From a bacterium (lineage in GTDB: Bacteria > Omnitrophota > Gorgyraeia > Zapsychrales > Zapsychraceae), in NCBI GenBank assembly GCA_030429765.1, contig JAUIER010000018.1, positions 9,663 to 73,662 of the forward strand: DNA of 64,000 nt, in the 5' to 3' direction. The stretch's first letter is position 1, and the number at the start of each line of letters is the position of its first letter. This document shows positions 29,123 to 40,212 of this stretch, one piece after another. The translations under genes and the position numbers were made by a program. The notes beneath the pieces were generated by a model, which was not told the origin of the DNA, searched no databases, and saw only the letters and a list, made by a program, of their open reading frames with translations.

Positions 29123-31000
29123 CTACTCCGCAGCCTTCGCTTTTTCTGATCCCAAATTGAAGACTTCTGTCGGAGCCTCAATAGATATATCGGAATTATA
29201 AGCCGTAAATAACTGCACAATCTTCAAGCGCACTGTATTGCCCTCCGAATCTACTCCATCCACATACAATACGGTTTTGTGGATTTGTCGTGCGTTTTTG
29301 TGTATCCAAATTTCCACTTCTGAGTCTCCAGAAATTTCAAAGTATTTTTCTGGTAGAATTTTATTGATTTCGACCGAATCCATACGAACAAAAACGTAGT
29401 TGATGTCCGCGGTTTCAGTTACATCAAGCAAATTATTTTTCACAGCCTCAGAAAGCAAATCAAGCCACTTTGCTAAGCTGACCATAAAGTTTTCTGCGCT
29501 TCTACCGGTAAAATTGGATTCATCCTTGAACCACACTCCAATTTGGAAATATAAATCCTCTCCTATGGTATTCCATCGATCATATACATACCCTGTCTCT
29601 TCACGCGCGGTTTGCATCACTGAGTATCGATCAGGCATAATAACCTCTGCCTCCCATTGTATATCCGGTAGATCCTGCTTAATGCTTTGTTCAGCCGCAT
29701 CCCCAGAATAAACTGATGTAAGCGTCGCAAACGACTTGAGTTTGCCCCCCTCGCCTACAACCTGTTCAATAATACTTTGTAATTCTGTCGAACTATCAAC
29801 TTCTGTATCTCCAGGAGAGGAAAGTAATTTTAAACGGTGATATTCAATCTTTCTCAACAGCATTTTGTATGAATCTTCATCTATCTCCTCTAGTTTTTCT
29901 AATTGCACCTGTGCAAGCTCTAAATCATCTATCGCCAAGTAAACCTGACCTAACAGAAATATGGCCTTCCAATCATACGGAGTTAGCTTTACCAATTCAT
30001 CTAACACATCTACATCCGACTTGATAATGTCTTCCAGATCTACAGCCTGCGCCAGAATTCTCAACAATACAATTTTTGAGCGTCCCCTGCGACTAGTAAC
30101 TTGATTCTTACAAATGTCCATGACGGCAGGGTGTTGCCGTGCGTTGCTTCTTAATGACCATACGGCAGCCCCTTTGATGGCCATGTAGAACAAATCAGCG
30201 TTCTCAACCTCCAGCATCTTCAATAGCGAACGGAGAGCATCCTTATCTCCACGCGGATTTCTCAACTCCCTGACCATAAGGTTATCCAAGTCCTCCTGGT
30301 TTAAAACTTTGGTCGTCATAGGATCAATCTTTACATTTAGCTCTGATGAAAGCAGATCAATCAGCTTCGAATTTATTAATCCGCGATCATCCTCATCTAG
30401 TTTTTGATGAATACGTGGCCTCAGAATCTCCGGAAAATCCAACGTATCAATAATTTTGTTAATGGCTAATTCATTACCGGATATAAAAAATTCCGTCCAA
30501 AGTAAATCTAGGTCTGTAGGATGTTCAACTTTTCTAGTCAAAGGATCAAAATCTACCGGAAAAGGACCTTCTACGGTCTTTAGGAGATCTGTTCGTATTC
30601 CAGCGAAAACAGCATTATCAGATTTTTCTAGTAATTTCTGCTTAACTCTAGCATCACCGCAAAGTTTGAATACAGACAGAAGAAACTCCCTACCTTTATC
30701 TGAGGCATTCTCAAATATCTGTAGATATTCAGACAACAAGGATGGCTCCAACTGTGCCATCCGAGCGAATGCATAAGCAGATGTGTAATGGGAATCATTT
30801 TCCTCTATATCACCGCTTGTGAAAACTTCTGAGTTTAGCAACTCATTCAGTATGTCTGGAACTAAATCTGGCCTAGGATCCTTGTAATACTCCATCATTA
30901 GACGGCCAACATCTTCTACCGGATTAGAAGCCGCCAAACAATGCACCGGCACTCCAAACAAACATCCAACAAGTACTAGAAAAATAATAATTCTATTCAT
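29123..31000 (-). CDS. Large exported hypothetical protein (helical/TPR-like, C-terminal LolA/LppX-like)
   Basis: Signal peptide; TPR-like segment; C-terminal YNSDISIEAP; AT-rich. Confidence 0.65.
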   Translation of the reverse strand: MNRIIIFLVLVGCLFGVPVHCLAASNPVEDVGRLMMEYYKDPRPDLVPDILNELLNSEVFTSGDIEENDSHYTSAYAFARMAQLEPSLLSEYLQIFENASDKGREFLLSVFKLCGDARVKQKLLEKSDNAVFAGIRTDLLKTVEGPFPVDFDPLTRKVEHPTDLDLLWTEFFISGNELAINKIIDTLDFPEILRPRIHQKLDEDDRGLINSKLIDLLSSELNVKIDPMTTKVLNQEDLDNLMVRELRNPRGDKDALRSLLKMLEVENADLFYMAIKGAAVWSLRSNARQHPAVMDICKNQVTSRRGRSKIVLLRILAQAVDLEDIIKSDVDVLDELVKLTPYDWKAIFLLGQVYLAIDDLELAQVQLEKLEEIDEDSYKMLLRKIEYHRLKLLSSPGDTEVDSSTELQSIIEQVVGEGGKLKSFATLTSVYSGDAAEQSIKQDLPDIQWEAEVIMPDRYSVMQTAREETGYVYDRWNTIGEDLYFQIGVWFKDESNFTGRSAENFMVSLAKWLDLLSEAVKNNLLDVTETADINYVFVRMDSVEINKILPEKYFEISGDSEVEIWIHKNARQIHKTVLYVDGVDSEGNTVRLKIVQLFTAYNSDISIEAPTEVFNLGSEKAKAAE

Positions 31001-31043
31001 AAGATACCACCCTCACCATGAACTACCTTACACCTACTGATCA

Positions 31044-32105
31044 CTACCCCCTAGCCTCATCACCCTTGCCGCGAGGCTCTTTCTCCAGTCTTACTCGAAT
31101 CAAACTCTCGGGATAATTTTTCTGGATAAACGTGATCAACTGCTCACGCACGGCGCAGCGCAGGTTCCAGGCGCAGCCGGAATTCTTGGCGCTGACCAGC
31201 GCGCGGACTTCCATTGCCCGGTCAGTCATATTGGTCACCTGGACCTGGGCGACTTTTTTGTCCCAGTCGGCATGGTCCGCCACGATCCGGTTAAGCTCTT
31301 CACGTAACGGCTCAATCGGCATGGTGTAGTCGACGTACAAGAAGACCGTTCCCAAGATATCGGCATTGGTCTTGGTCCAGTTTTGAAACGGCTGTTCAAT
31401 AAAGTAGTTGAGCGGCAGCACCAGCCGGCGCAGGTCCCAGATGCGCACCACGACATACGTCAATGTGATGTCTTCAATCCATCCCCACTCGCCCTCGACG
31501 ATAACCACGTCATCATAACGGATGGGTTGGGTGAAGGCGATCTGCAGTCCCGCCAGCAGATTCTTGATAGAATTCTGCGCCGCCATCCCGATGATAATCC
31601 CGGCGACACCGGCAGAGGTTAAGAGCGTCGTCCCCAGTTGACGCACGCTGTCGAAGTTCATGAGGATCACCCCGAGCGCCAGCACGACGACGATGAGGAT
31701 AAAGATCTTGCGGATATAGTTGAGCTGGGTGTGAATGGTGCGCGCGCGGATGTTGTCCTCTTTGGTCACATCAAATTGCTGACGGATCACATCCTGCACC
31801 ACATCCTCGCACTGGATCAAGGTCCAGGCAAAGGCGATCACAAAGAACACCTGCGCGAGCTGACGGCCCCAGTCATACATCGGGTCCATGAAGGCCGGCG
31901 CACCCAGCGCGATGATGGTCAGAAACAGCGGGATCGACCAGCCGCACGGCCGGCGCAGATGCTTGATCATCGATCCCATGCCGAGCACTTCTTTGCGCCG
32001 GTTCACCGCGATCAGCGCCTCAAACAGGACATAATTCGCCACCCGCCCGATCAACAGCGTGATCACCAGTGTGATTAGAAATTTTGAATACGGCCAGTCT
32101 AGCAT
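31044..32105 (-). CDS. Mechanosensitive ion channel, MscS family
   Basis: SAGVAGIIIGMAAQ..KNLLAG, QPIRYDD, GWIEDITLTY, FQNWT. Confidence 0.93.
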   Translation of the reverse strand: MLDWPYSKFLITLVITLLIGRVANYVLFEALIAVNRRKEVLGMGSMIKHLRRPCGWSIPLFLTIIALGAPAFMDPMYDWGRQLAQVFFVIAFAWTLIQCEDVVQDVIRQQFDVTKEDNIRARTIHTQLNYIRKIFILIVVVLALGVILMNFDSVRQLGTTLLTSAGVAGIIIGMAAQNSIKNLLAGLQIAFTQPIRYDDVVIVEGEWGWIEDITLTYVVVRIWDLRRLVLPLNYFIEQPFQNWTKTNADILGTVFLYVDYTMPIEPLREELNRIVADHADWDKKVAQVQVTNMTDRAMEVRALVSAKNSGCAWNLRCAVREQLITFIQKNYPESLIRVRLEKEPRGKGDEARG

Positions 32106-32122
32106 GACACCCTCCTAAAAAA

Positions 32123-32206
32123 GGGGATAGACACTTATTTCCCCGTTAATACCCCACCAAAATTTTCTTGCCCTGTGATAAAAAGTGCAAACAGGTGTCT
32201 GTCCCT
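32123..32206. mobile_element. Family-2 TIR element (MITE/REP-like)
   Basis: GGGGATAGACACTTATTT (32123-32140) ... AAACAGGTGTCTGTCCCT (32189-32206). Confidence 0.75.
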
Positions 32207-32209
32207 CAT

Positions 32210-33091
32210 TTATTCCACCGTTCGCACTAGCGGGATTCCATTCGTTCCCACCGGAATATAGATCACGGTATTGTTCGGACTATTCGCCATCTGCATCTGT
32301 GATTGAATGGCCTCGTGCTGCAGATATTCCTTGGTGAGCGTCTTGTTGATGATTTCCTGCGACTTGGCAATCCCCTCGGCCTCAATGATACGGCGCTCGG
32401 CCTCTTTCTTCTCCTTCTCCAGGATAAACTTCATCTGCTCGGCCTCTTGTTCAGACTTGAGCTTTTGTTCAATCGCGCCCCCGACGGTCGGCGGCAGTTG
32501 AATCGCCCTCAAAAGCACCGTCTCCAACATAATCCCGCGGTCGGACATCAATCCTTTAAGATCAGTCAGGATTCGGTTGGCGATCTCTTCTCGGCCGGAT
32601 GTATACAACGCCTTGGCCTCGTAATCCACGGTCGCCCCTCGGGCCACCGAGCGAAACTGCGGCACGATCACAATATTCCGAAAGCGTTCACCGACCTTGG
32701 AATAAATATCACTCGCATATTCCGGCTGCAGCCGGTACAGGATCGACACATCCACCTGAATCGACAGACCTTCCTTGGACGGTACGATCATAACCTCCTT
32801 GATCTCCTCGGTCTTGGTATTCATCACGATCAGCTTGGCGAACGGATTGACAAAATTGAGCCCCGGCATCCGCTCTTTGTCATGCACCCGGCCGAACAGA
32901 TCATACACACCGACCGTCCCCGCCGGCACCACACGAACGAAGCTCAGGATGATGAGCACACCGGCCAGAGACATCAGCGCGATGCCCACGATGTTGGTGA
33001 CATTATTGCGATCGCGTTTCTCAAAACGGCTGAGCAGGAACGATAGTCCCACCACCATCAATATCAACCCGACAATGAACATAAACTGCAT
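32210..33091 (-). CDS. SPFH/prohibitin (band 7) family protein
   Basis: VVPAGTVGV..FG, PSKEGL...DVS, LR.I.LP....AIEQK. Confidence 0.93.
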   Translation of the reverse strand: MQFMFIVGLILMVVGLSFLLSRFEKRDRNNVTNIVGIALMSLAGVLIILSFVRVVPAGTVGVYDLFGRVHDKERMPGLNFVNPFAKLIVMNTKTEEIKEVMIVPSKEGLSIQVDVSILYRLQPEYASDIYSKVGERFRNIVIVPQFRSVARGATVDYEAKALYTSGREEIANRILTDLKGLMSDRGIMLETVLLRAIQLPPTVGGAIEQKLKSEQEAEQMKFILEKEKKEAERRIIEAEGIAKSQEIINKTLTKEYLQHEAIQSQMQMANSPNNTVIYIPVGTNGIPLVRTVE

Positions 33092-33110
33092 AATCCCCCC
33101 TTTTGAAAAA

Positions 33111-33197
33111 GGGGACAGACACTTATTTGCCTATTTCGTCCAGCCAGTGAAGTCTGAGAATTAAACCTGAAAAATCGGCAAAAAGGTGTCTGTCCCT
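33111..33197. mobile_element. Family-2 TIR element (MITE/REP-like)
   Basis: 26-nt arms GGGGACAGACACTTATTTGCCTATTT / AAATCGGCAAAAAGGTGTCTGTCCCT with 4 mismatches. Confidence 0.8.
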
Positions 33198-33201
33198 GAT
33201 T

Positions 33202-34491
<1,290 letters not shown>

Positions 34492-34524
34492 TCATCCTTT
34501 CTGGTCTGAGTATGGTTGATGCGT

Positions 34525-35484
34525 TTATTTGATCACGCGCTGCCGTTGTGAATCCCAGCGCCATAAATTTGAGTTGGTGATGTGAACCCCGCCGATCCAG
34601 CGGTCGATCGGACGGATTTGAGCGTTATCAACGTGACCGCCGTAAACTCGCTTACCCTGCGGCGTCAGGTGAAGTCGCTGATCCGGTGTCGGCGGCCAGC
34701 TCAGCTCCATACCGTCCTCTGTATATATCAACGGATCGGGTTCGGCCATCAATCCTTTGAGACGGCTGAAGAAGCTTAAATCACCCATAAAACGCGGATC
34801 TTCCAACGCATGATAGCGCTGAAATATTCGCCCCGGCCGCGATTCACCTCTAGCCATGATATCCAAAATCTGATACTCCGTAAAGGACAATCCCGTGCGG
34901 TGATCGGGAAATTCCATCCCCAAACGGATCAACGCATTTTTGAGGAATGGTAATGCGGATGTGTCGTCGGTGAATAGATTATTCCAGCCTTCGGGGCTTG
35001 AGGCCCGCAGCGTCTGCCACGCCCATTCAGCCAGCGTCAGCTGGGAATCATTAATAGCCATTTCTTGCTGAGTTAACAAACGGATTTGTTCAACATCCGC
35101 TTCACCCAGATACTGCTCCGTGCAGATCATTGAGAGCTGCGTCGATCCCAGCTCTTGGTCCCGAAACCAGTCCAGGATCTGAATCAACTGCAATTGATCG
35201 TAAAGATCGTGTTCAAACCACAAAATGATCCGTTCAAAGTCGCGAAACGACTTGAGCGTGTCATCCCGTTGACGAAATCCTTCCCGCACGTCCGTATACG
35301 CGCCCCAGCCTTGATCGGCGATGAATTGAGCTCGGACACCGGATAGTTCGTCCAAAGGCAAATCGGCCGGGATTGGCCCGTCATGCAGTACGTCGCGCCA
35401 AGGCAGGATCTCACCTTCAATGCCCGCCTGTTTCATCAGGCCCACCGCACTGTCGCCGTTGGTGATGTGGAGGATTCGATTCAT
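34525..35484 (-). CDS. DUF1835 domain-containing protein
   Basis: LHITNGDSA, W.DVLHDGP, LWFEHDLYDQLQL, DRWIGG. Confidence 0.85.
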   Translation of the reverse strand: MNRILHITNGDSAVGLMKQAGIEGEILPWRDVLHDGPIPADLPLDELSGVRAQFIADQGWGAYTDVREGFRQRDDTLKSFRDFERIILWFEHDLYDQLQLIQILDWFRDQELGSTQLSMICTEQYLGEADVEQIRLLTQQEMAINDSQLTLAEWAWQTLRASSPEGWNNLFTDDTSALPFLKNALIRLGMEFPDHRTGLSFTEYQILDIMARGESRPGRIFQRYHALEDPRFMGDLSFFSRLKGLMAEPDPLIYTEDGMELSWPPTPDQRLHLTPQGKRVYGGHVDNAQIRPIDRWIGGVHITNSNLWRWDSQRQRVIK

Positions 35485-35499
35485 GTCAATACGTTTGAT

Positions 35500-36258
35500 C
35501 TACTCCGCCGAGTGGCGGATCTGCGATATCTTTCGCGGGACGATGATATCGGCGATGCGGGGACCTTCTTCATCTTTCAAGGTATACTGAATATCCATGA
35601 CCTCAATAAAGTCGGCCGTGTAATCCTTGAGGATGCCGCAATATTCGACGATGCGCTCACCCAGCTGCATCTCCACCACCACGCGCAATCCGATGTGACG
35701 CTCGTACAACGGTTCGTACGCCGTAGAGATGGTGTTAATCATGTCGGTCTTGACCCGGGAGATATATTTGTCTTTGGAGGAAAGAAACGCGCCGGCCGGT
35801 CCGCGGGTCTTGGCCTGATCGATCACCAGGTTCACCACTTCCATCACCGAGTCGCGGATGGTCTTGAAAAAATTGGCCATCTTTCGCATCGTGCGTCGAA
35901 AAAAATTGGGATGATACACGCGCTTGAGCGCCTTCTCCCGTTCGATCTTGTGCGCCTCATCCATCTCGTCATGAAAACGCAGGATCGAATGAATCGACGG
36001 ATACTCGTGCCGATAGAGCAAGTAGCTTGTCTCCACATGTCCGTCGTTGTCGTGATGATCGGTTTGATAGGCAAACTCAAGCCCGGTGCTTTCCACATGC
36101 AGACGGCCGTAGATAACCTTGCCCTCACTGGAAATCAAGGTGACCAGATCGTCTTCATAGGACTTGAGGCATTTGTCGCGCGTGCGGCCTTTAAGAAACG
36201 CGCCGATGATCGCGGCGGCCAAGACAACAAAGATTGTAACGGTCAGACTATCGCTCAT
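35500..36258 (-). CDS. Hypothetical membrane-anchored protein
   Basis: N-terminal TM; 252-aa ORF in operon context. Confidence 0.7.
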   Translation of the reverse strand: MSDSLTVTIFVVLAAAIIGAFLKGRTRDKCLKSYEDDLVTLISSEGKVIYGRLHVESTGLEFAYQTDHHDNDGHVETSYLLYRHEYPSIHSILRFHDEMDEAHKIEREKALKRVYHPNFFRRTMRKMANFFKTIRDSVMEVVNLVIDQAKTRGPAGAFLSSKDKYISRVKTDMINTISTAYEPLYERHIGLRVVVEMQLGERIVEYCGILKDYTADFIEVMDIQYTLKDEEGPRIADIIVPRKISQIRHSAE

Positions 36259-36370
36259 GCTTACCCGGGTTGAGATGTTGACAGAAGTTCAATGCAAAGA
36301 TTATAGCGGATATCGGCGCGGGAGACAATCCATCCGGTCGTCTTTGTGATCGGACACTTATCGGAGCCGC

Positions 36371-37150
36371 CTACCATCGCCAGCGCCGGGACGATTTGAG
36401 GACCAGCTCATTCGCCATTTCCTGCAGGTACCGCGCGTCACGGGCATCAATCGCCGCCGGATAGGCCGTATCGACCGGTGACTCGCCGAATATCGTCGCG
36501 TAAAACACACACGCGGCCAAATACGATCCGTGAATGTTGGGATGCACATTGTCGGTGTACAAGTTAAGCTTGGGCCGGTCCGCGCGGACCCGCATCCAGG
36601 CCGTGCCCACCGGCGCCACAATGGCCTCATATCGCCGCGCCATCTTGAGATAGGTCTGATTGATCCGTTTCTGCATCCCCTTGTAGGTGCCGAGCTGTTT
36701 GTATTGGCGCTTGTTGCCAAAATCACCGTTGCGATGGGCCGGCGTGGCGTAAAATACAATCTCCACGTCAGGATTGGCATCGCGGGCCTGCTCAATGAGG
36801 TCTTCCACATACGGATACACGTCGCGCTTGAGCTGCTCCTCGGGAAAACCCGGTAACTGGCTCTGCTCCTGCAGGACCACGATGTCCCACGTACGCTTTT
36901 CAAACAGCTCTTTGAGCTTGGGCGCGATACTGTGCCGGGCCAGTCGCCAACCGCCCGGCGCATGGGTTTGATAGGCAAAATCCTTGCCCGCCGCCCCGGC
37001 CATATCACCGATCAGCCGCGGCAGATCATTGGCAAACGTCAGTGAATTACCGATAAACAACACATCAAGCGTGTCGGCTTGGGCGTTGGATCGCCCCCCT
37101 GCCCACAGCGCGAGGACAATTAGTAACAAGACTGATAATTTCTTACGCAC
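36371..37150 (-). CDS. SGNH/GDSL-like hydrolase (DUF4886-like), exported
   Basis: VLFIGNSLT, WDIVVLQEQS, DNVHP..GSYLAA. Confidence 0.85.
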   Translation of the reverse strand: MRKKLSVLLLIVLALWAGGRSNAQADTLDVLFIGNSLTFANDLPRLIGDMAGAAGKDFAYQTHAPGGWRLARHSIAPKLKELFEKRTWDIVVLQEQSQLPGFPEEQLKRDVYPYVEDLIEQARDANPDVEIVFYATPAHRNGDFGNKRQYKQLGTYKGMQKRINQTYLKMARRYEAIVAPVGTAWMRVRADRPKLNLYTDNVHPNIHGSYLAACVFYATIFGESPVDTAYPAAIDARDARYLQEMANELVLKSSRRWRW

Positions 37151-37259
37151 AGAATGTTCCCCTCGACTGGTCAAGTTTGTGTTTGAATGTTTCGCATTTG
37201 CAGGAAGGTATCTTAACGCGTGAGGGATGGGATGTCCAAGGAGATTTAGCGGATTATCT

Positions 37260-37291
37260 AAAAAGAACAGGCGCCATGACGACGCCTGTTC
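37260..37291 (-). terminator. Rho-independent terminator at end of the Ytr-like operon
   Basis: Minus strand GAACAGGCG-loop-CGCCTGTTC-TTTTT. Confidence 0.8.
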
Positions 37292-37298
37292 GGTGAGC

Positions 37299-37526
37299 CT
37301 AGGCTGATTTTTCCGGCGCCTTTGTCCCCAGCACGGAAAGTGCGATGAGACTGCCGGTAATCATAATCCCGCCCGCGACAAAATACAATCCGGCGGTGCT
37401 GATCCAGTACGCGCTGGTGGAACAGGCGTATGGAACACAAAGTATACAGCCGAGTCCGCCGATTAAAAACGAAACCACGGCGAATCCGCGAACTAAACTT
37501 CGAAACGAATCTTCTGTCATATTCAT
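37299..37526 (-). CDS. Small membrane protein
   Basis: Two hydrophobic helices; AGGAGG RBS. Confidence 0.6.
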   Translation of the reverse strand: MNMTEDSFRSLVRGFAVVSFLIGGLGCILCVPYACSTSAYWISTAGLYFVAGGIMITGSLIALSVLGTKAPEKSA

Positions 37527-37575
37527 CTTCCTCCTTTCATCTGTATTTTTGGGCGCCAAATCTCTTTCATTAAAT

Positions 37576-38931
37576 CTATGTCATATCCTTACACAACCAG
37601 TATCGATAGGATAATCGGACCACTCCGATCAACAAACACAAAGAACTAAAGTTAAAGGCGACGAGCCAAGCCGTGGGTAAAACATCTGAAAAGTAGATAA
37701 AAAACAGAACCACAAATCCCAGCAGGCAGCCGTTGAGGATAATTAATCGCGCGCTCGACACGCAACTCAACCCCGTCAGCCACGCCATCGTCAGAAGGGC
37801 AATGATGCCGGTCAAACTCAGATTCAGCCAAAACCTGGCCGTCGAAAAAATTTCAGGTTGCAGCGTCCAGGCCGGAACTACGGCGACCATCCAGATCAAA
37901 AACAGCCAGTGGACCAACAAATGCAAAGCCAGCACCAAACCACGCTCGCGTAAATACTGCTCCCGCGTCACGGGTCGCAGCAGATCATAGCCCCAATAAG
38001 CCATGTTTCGATAGTATCCGCTCAACGTGGCCAGTATCGGAGTCATACTCAGAAGCAAAAAATTTGTATGCGCGCGCTTCAAGAAGGCATGTGTATCCGG
38101 CTGATGATGGATCAACCAGATATAGACTGGCGTGAGAATCGCCACAACAATGATTCCACGAAAAACATTCGATTTTAAAAAAGGATCCCATTGCAGGGCC
38201 CGCGCCAAAAGTCCGGATTGAGACTCATATTTGCTCAGCGCCGGCAACGGACGCTGACGAAACATTCCGGATCGGCCCCGCCCGATTTGCTTGATCAAAT
38301 AAACCTTGGGTGGCCAGCTGAGGATGGACGGATATTCAAAATGATCGGCACGTAATGTCATCAAGCGGTGAATAAAGCAGACTGCTCCTGCCATAGTGAA
38401 TCCCAGCACAATCTTGACCAGAACCGGATACTGTTCAAATGCGGAAATACAGGCCGACACATTGAGCGCGATCACCGCCGACGCCAGGTATGCATAGATA
38501 AATACGCGTCCTTTTGATAAGTATCCTAGATACATAATTCCGATAGACACCGCGACGCAGGACACGTAGCCGCCATAAAGCCCATCACGCGTCACCGCGA
38601 GTCCTGGACTGATATCACGGTTCCAGTAGGCCGCTAACAAAAACACTCCAGCGTAGGCCATCAACCAGACAATCAGGTGAGCCCCACGATAGCCCGGCAG
38701 CAGCGACGCCCGTGACGTCGCTATCTGCTGTTTGATGAGCACACCCAGATAAAACACCACCCACAGCGTCGCGACAAATAGGACATTCCATACTTCTTCA
38801 CCTAAAATATAGTCTCCGCTAAATATCAAGGCGCGCGATACAAACGCACTTAAGACAAGCATCATTGCGAGTATCGTAAAAAGAGGATTGCGCCAATAGA
38901 CGCGGCTAACCAAATACAGACGCCTGATCAT
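37576..38931 (-). CDS. Putative ABC transporter permease
   Basis: Multi-TM; ATGA overlap with ABC ATPase; LLRPVTR..Y motif. Confidence 0.7.
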   Translation of the reverse strand: MIRRLYLVSRVYWRNPLFTILAMMLVLSAFVSRALIFSGDYILGEEVWNVLFVATLWVVFYLGVLIKQQIATSRASLLPGYRGAHLIVWLMAYAGVFLLAAYWNRDISPGLAVTRDGLYGGYVSCVAVSIGIMYLGYLSKGRVFIYAYLASAVIALNVSACISAFEQYPVLVKIVLGFTMAGAVCFIHRLMTLRADHFEYPSILSWPPKVYLIKQIGRGRSGMFRQRPLPALSKYESQSGLLARALQWDPFLKSNVFRGIIVVAILTPVYIWLIHHQPDTHAFLKRAHTNFLLLSMTPILATLSGYYRNMAYWGYDLLRPVTREQYLRERGLVLALHLLVHWLFLIWMVAVVPAWTLQPEIFSTARFWLNLSLTGIIALLTMAWLTGLSCVSSARLIILNGCLLGFVVLFFIYFSDVLPTAWLVAFNFSSLCLLIGVVRLSYRYWLCKDMT

Positions 38932-39812
38932 CGATTCAGCTCCAAAAATATTTCTTCCAGGTTCAAGTCTTCGACATTGATCCGGGCCTGATAGCGCTGT
39001 TCGAGTTGCTGGCGGACATCCGGCGTGAAGCCGCGGACGCTGAGTAACGCCTCCTGATTCATTCGCTCCAGTCCGATCAGCCCCGGACATTCAAAGTCAT
39101 TGGGGAGCGGCACTTGGCTCGTCAACCGTAATCGTTTAACCTCGTCCTTGAGCTGTCCCAACTCGCCGGTAAAGTCGATCAGACCGGACTTCATCACGGC
39201 AACATGATCCGCCACTCGCTCCAAATCAGTTGTAATGTGGGTGGAGAAGAATACGGTGCAGCCACGGTCAATCACCATTTCCAGAATAGTCTTGAGAAAC
39301 TGTCGTCGGGCAGCCGGATCCAGACTGGCCACCGGCTCATCGAGGACAAATAAATCCGGCTCATGACCCATCGCCAAAATAATCGCGACCTTTTGCGCCT
39401 CACCTTCCGACAAAACACCGTACTTGTCGGTTGGATTTATCTGCCACTGACTGACCAACTCATGGACGAGCTTTGTATTCCATTGCGGATAAAAGGAACC
39501 CACATATTCGATGACCTCCTGCACCGTCAGCCACGGATACAATCGATCGCTTTGCGGAACATATCCAATACGGGATTTGGTTGCCGCCTGAAAGCGCCAT
39601 GGATCATCACCCAATACTCGAAGATGACCGGCATTGGGCTTCAATAGTCCAAGAATACACTTGAGCAATGTCGTCTTGCCCGCCCCATTGACCCCGAGCA
39701 ATCCAAAGACTGATCCTCGGGGAATACTCAAGGATAGCCCGCGTAAAACACTTCGGTATTTGTACTGTTTCACCAAACGCTCTACTTCGATACAGTAATC
39801 GTCACTCATCAT
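38928..39812 (-). CDS. ABC transporter ATP-binding protein (YtrB-like)
   Basis: GVNGAGKTT, LSEGE, LDEP, STH. Confidence 0.93.
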   Translation of the reverse strand: MMSDDYCIEVERLVKQYKYRSVLRGLSLSIPRGSVFGLLGVNGAGKTTLLKCILGLLKPNAGHLRVLGDDPWRFQAATKSRIGYVPQSDRLYPWLTVQEVIEYVGSFYPQWNTKLVHELVSQWQINPTDKYGVLSEGEAQKVAIILAMGHEPDLFVLDEPVASLDPAARRQFLKTILEMVIDRGCTVFFSTHITTDLERVADHVAVMKSGLIDFTGELGQLKDEVKRLRLTSQVPLPNDFECPGLIGLERMNQEALLSVRGFTPDVRQQLEQRYQARINVEDLNLEEIFLELNR

Positions 39813-40206
39813 CCTTGTCCTCCCACGCCTTGGTTATTAAATCCTGAAGCTGTTGATAATCCAGTGATAGTTGTCGCGCCCGATCGATCACCTGATCGAT
39901 CAACGGCCCCATCTCCTCTTGTCGATCCCGTAAATCATTGGCCGCACTTTTGACGGTCGCGACTTGCATCCCCCGTCCCCGTACACTCTGCAGCACCCCT
40001 TCTTTTTCCAGCAATGAATAGGCCTTGGATACGGTCATCGGATTCACCTCAAGCGCCTTGGAGACATTACGCACCGAGGGAATAAACACACCGGGCTGCC
40101 ATTGATCGGTGGCAATCAATGTCTTGACCTGATCCACAATTTGGCGATAAATCGGGACGCCGCTGGCCGTGGAAATTTGAAAGTAGTATTTAGGATCTTT
40201 GTCCAT
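39802..40206 (-). CDS. GntR family regulator, YtrA subfamily
   Basis: PIYRQI, PSVR..S.AL.VNPMTVSKAY, RGRG; short C-domain. Confidence 0.93.
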   Translation of the reverse strand: MDKDPKYYFQISTASGVPIYRQIVDQVKTLIATDQWQPGVFIPSVRNVSKALEVNPMTVSKAYSLLEKEGVLQSVRGRGMQVATVKSAANDLRDRQEEMGPLIDQVIDRARQLSLDYQQLQDLITKAWEDKDDE

Positions 40207-40212
40207 AGATTC

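Noticed and set aside
35383-36273. Long plus-strand ORFs (also 206-838, 11089-11904, 15105-15923, 32303-33046)
   Set aside because: Antisense shadows of well-supported minus-strand genes, with no motifs.
36345-36362. GACACTTAT match to the family-2 arm
   Set aside because: Only 9 nt with no partner arm; compatible with chance.
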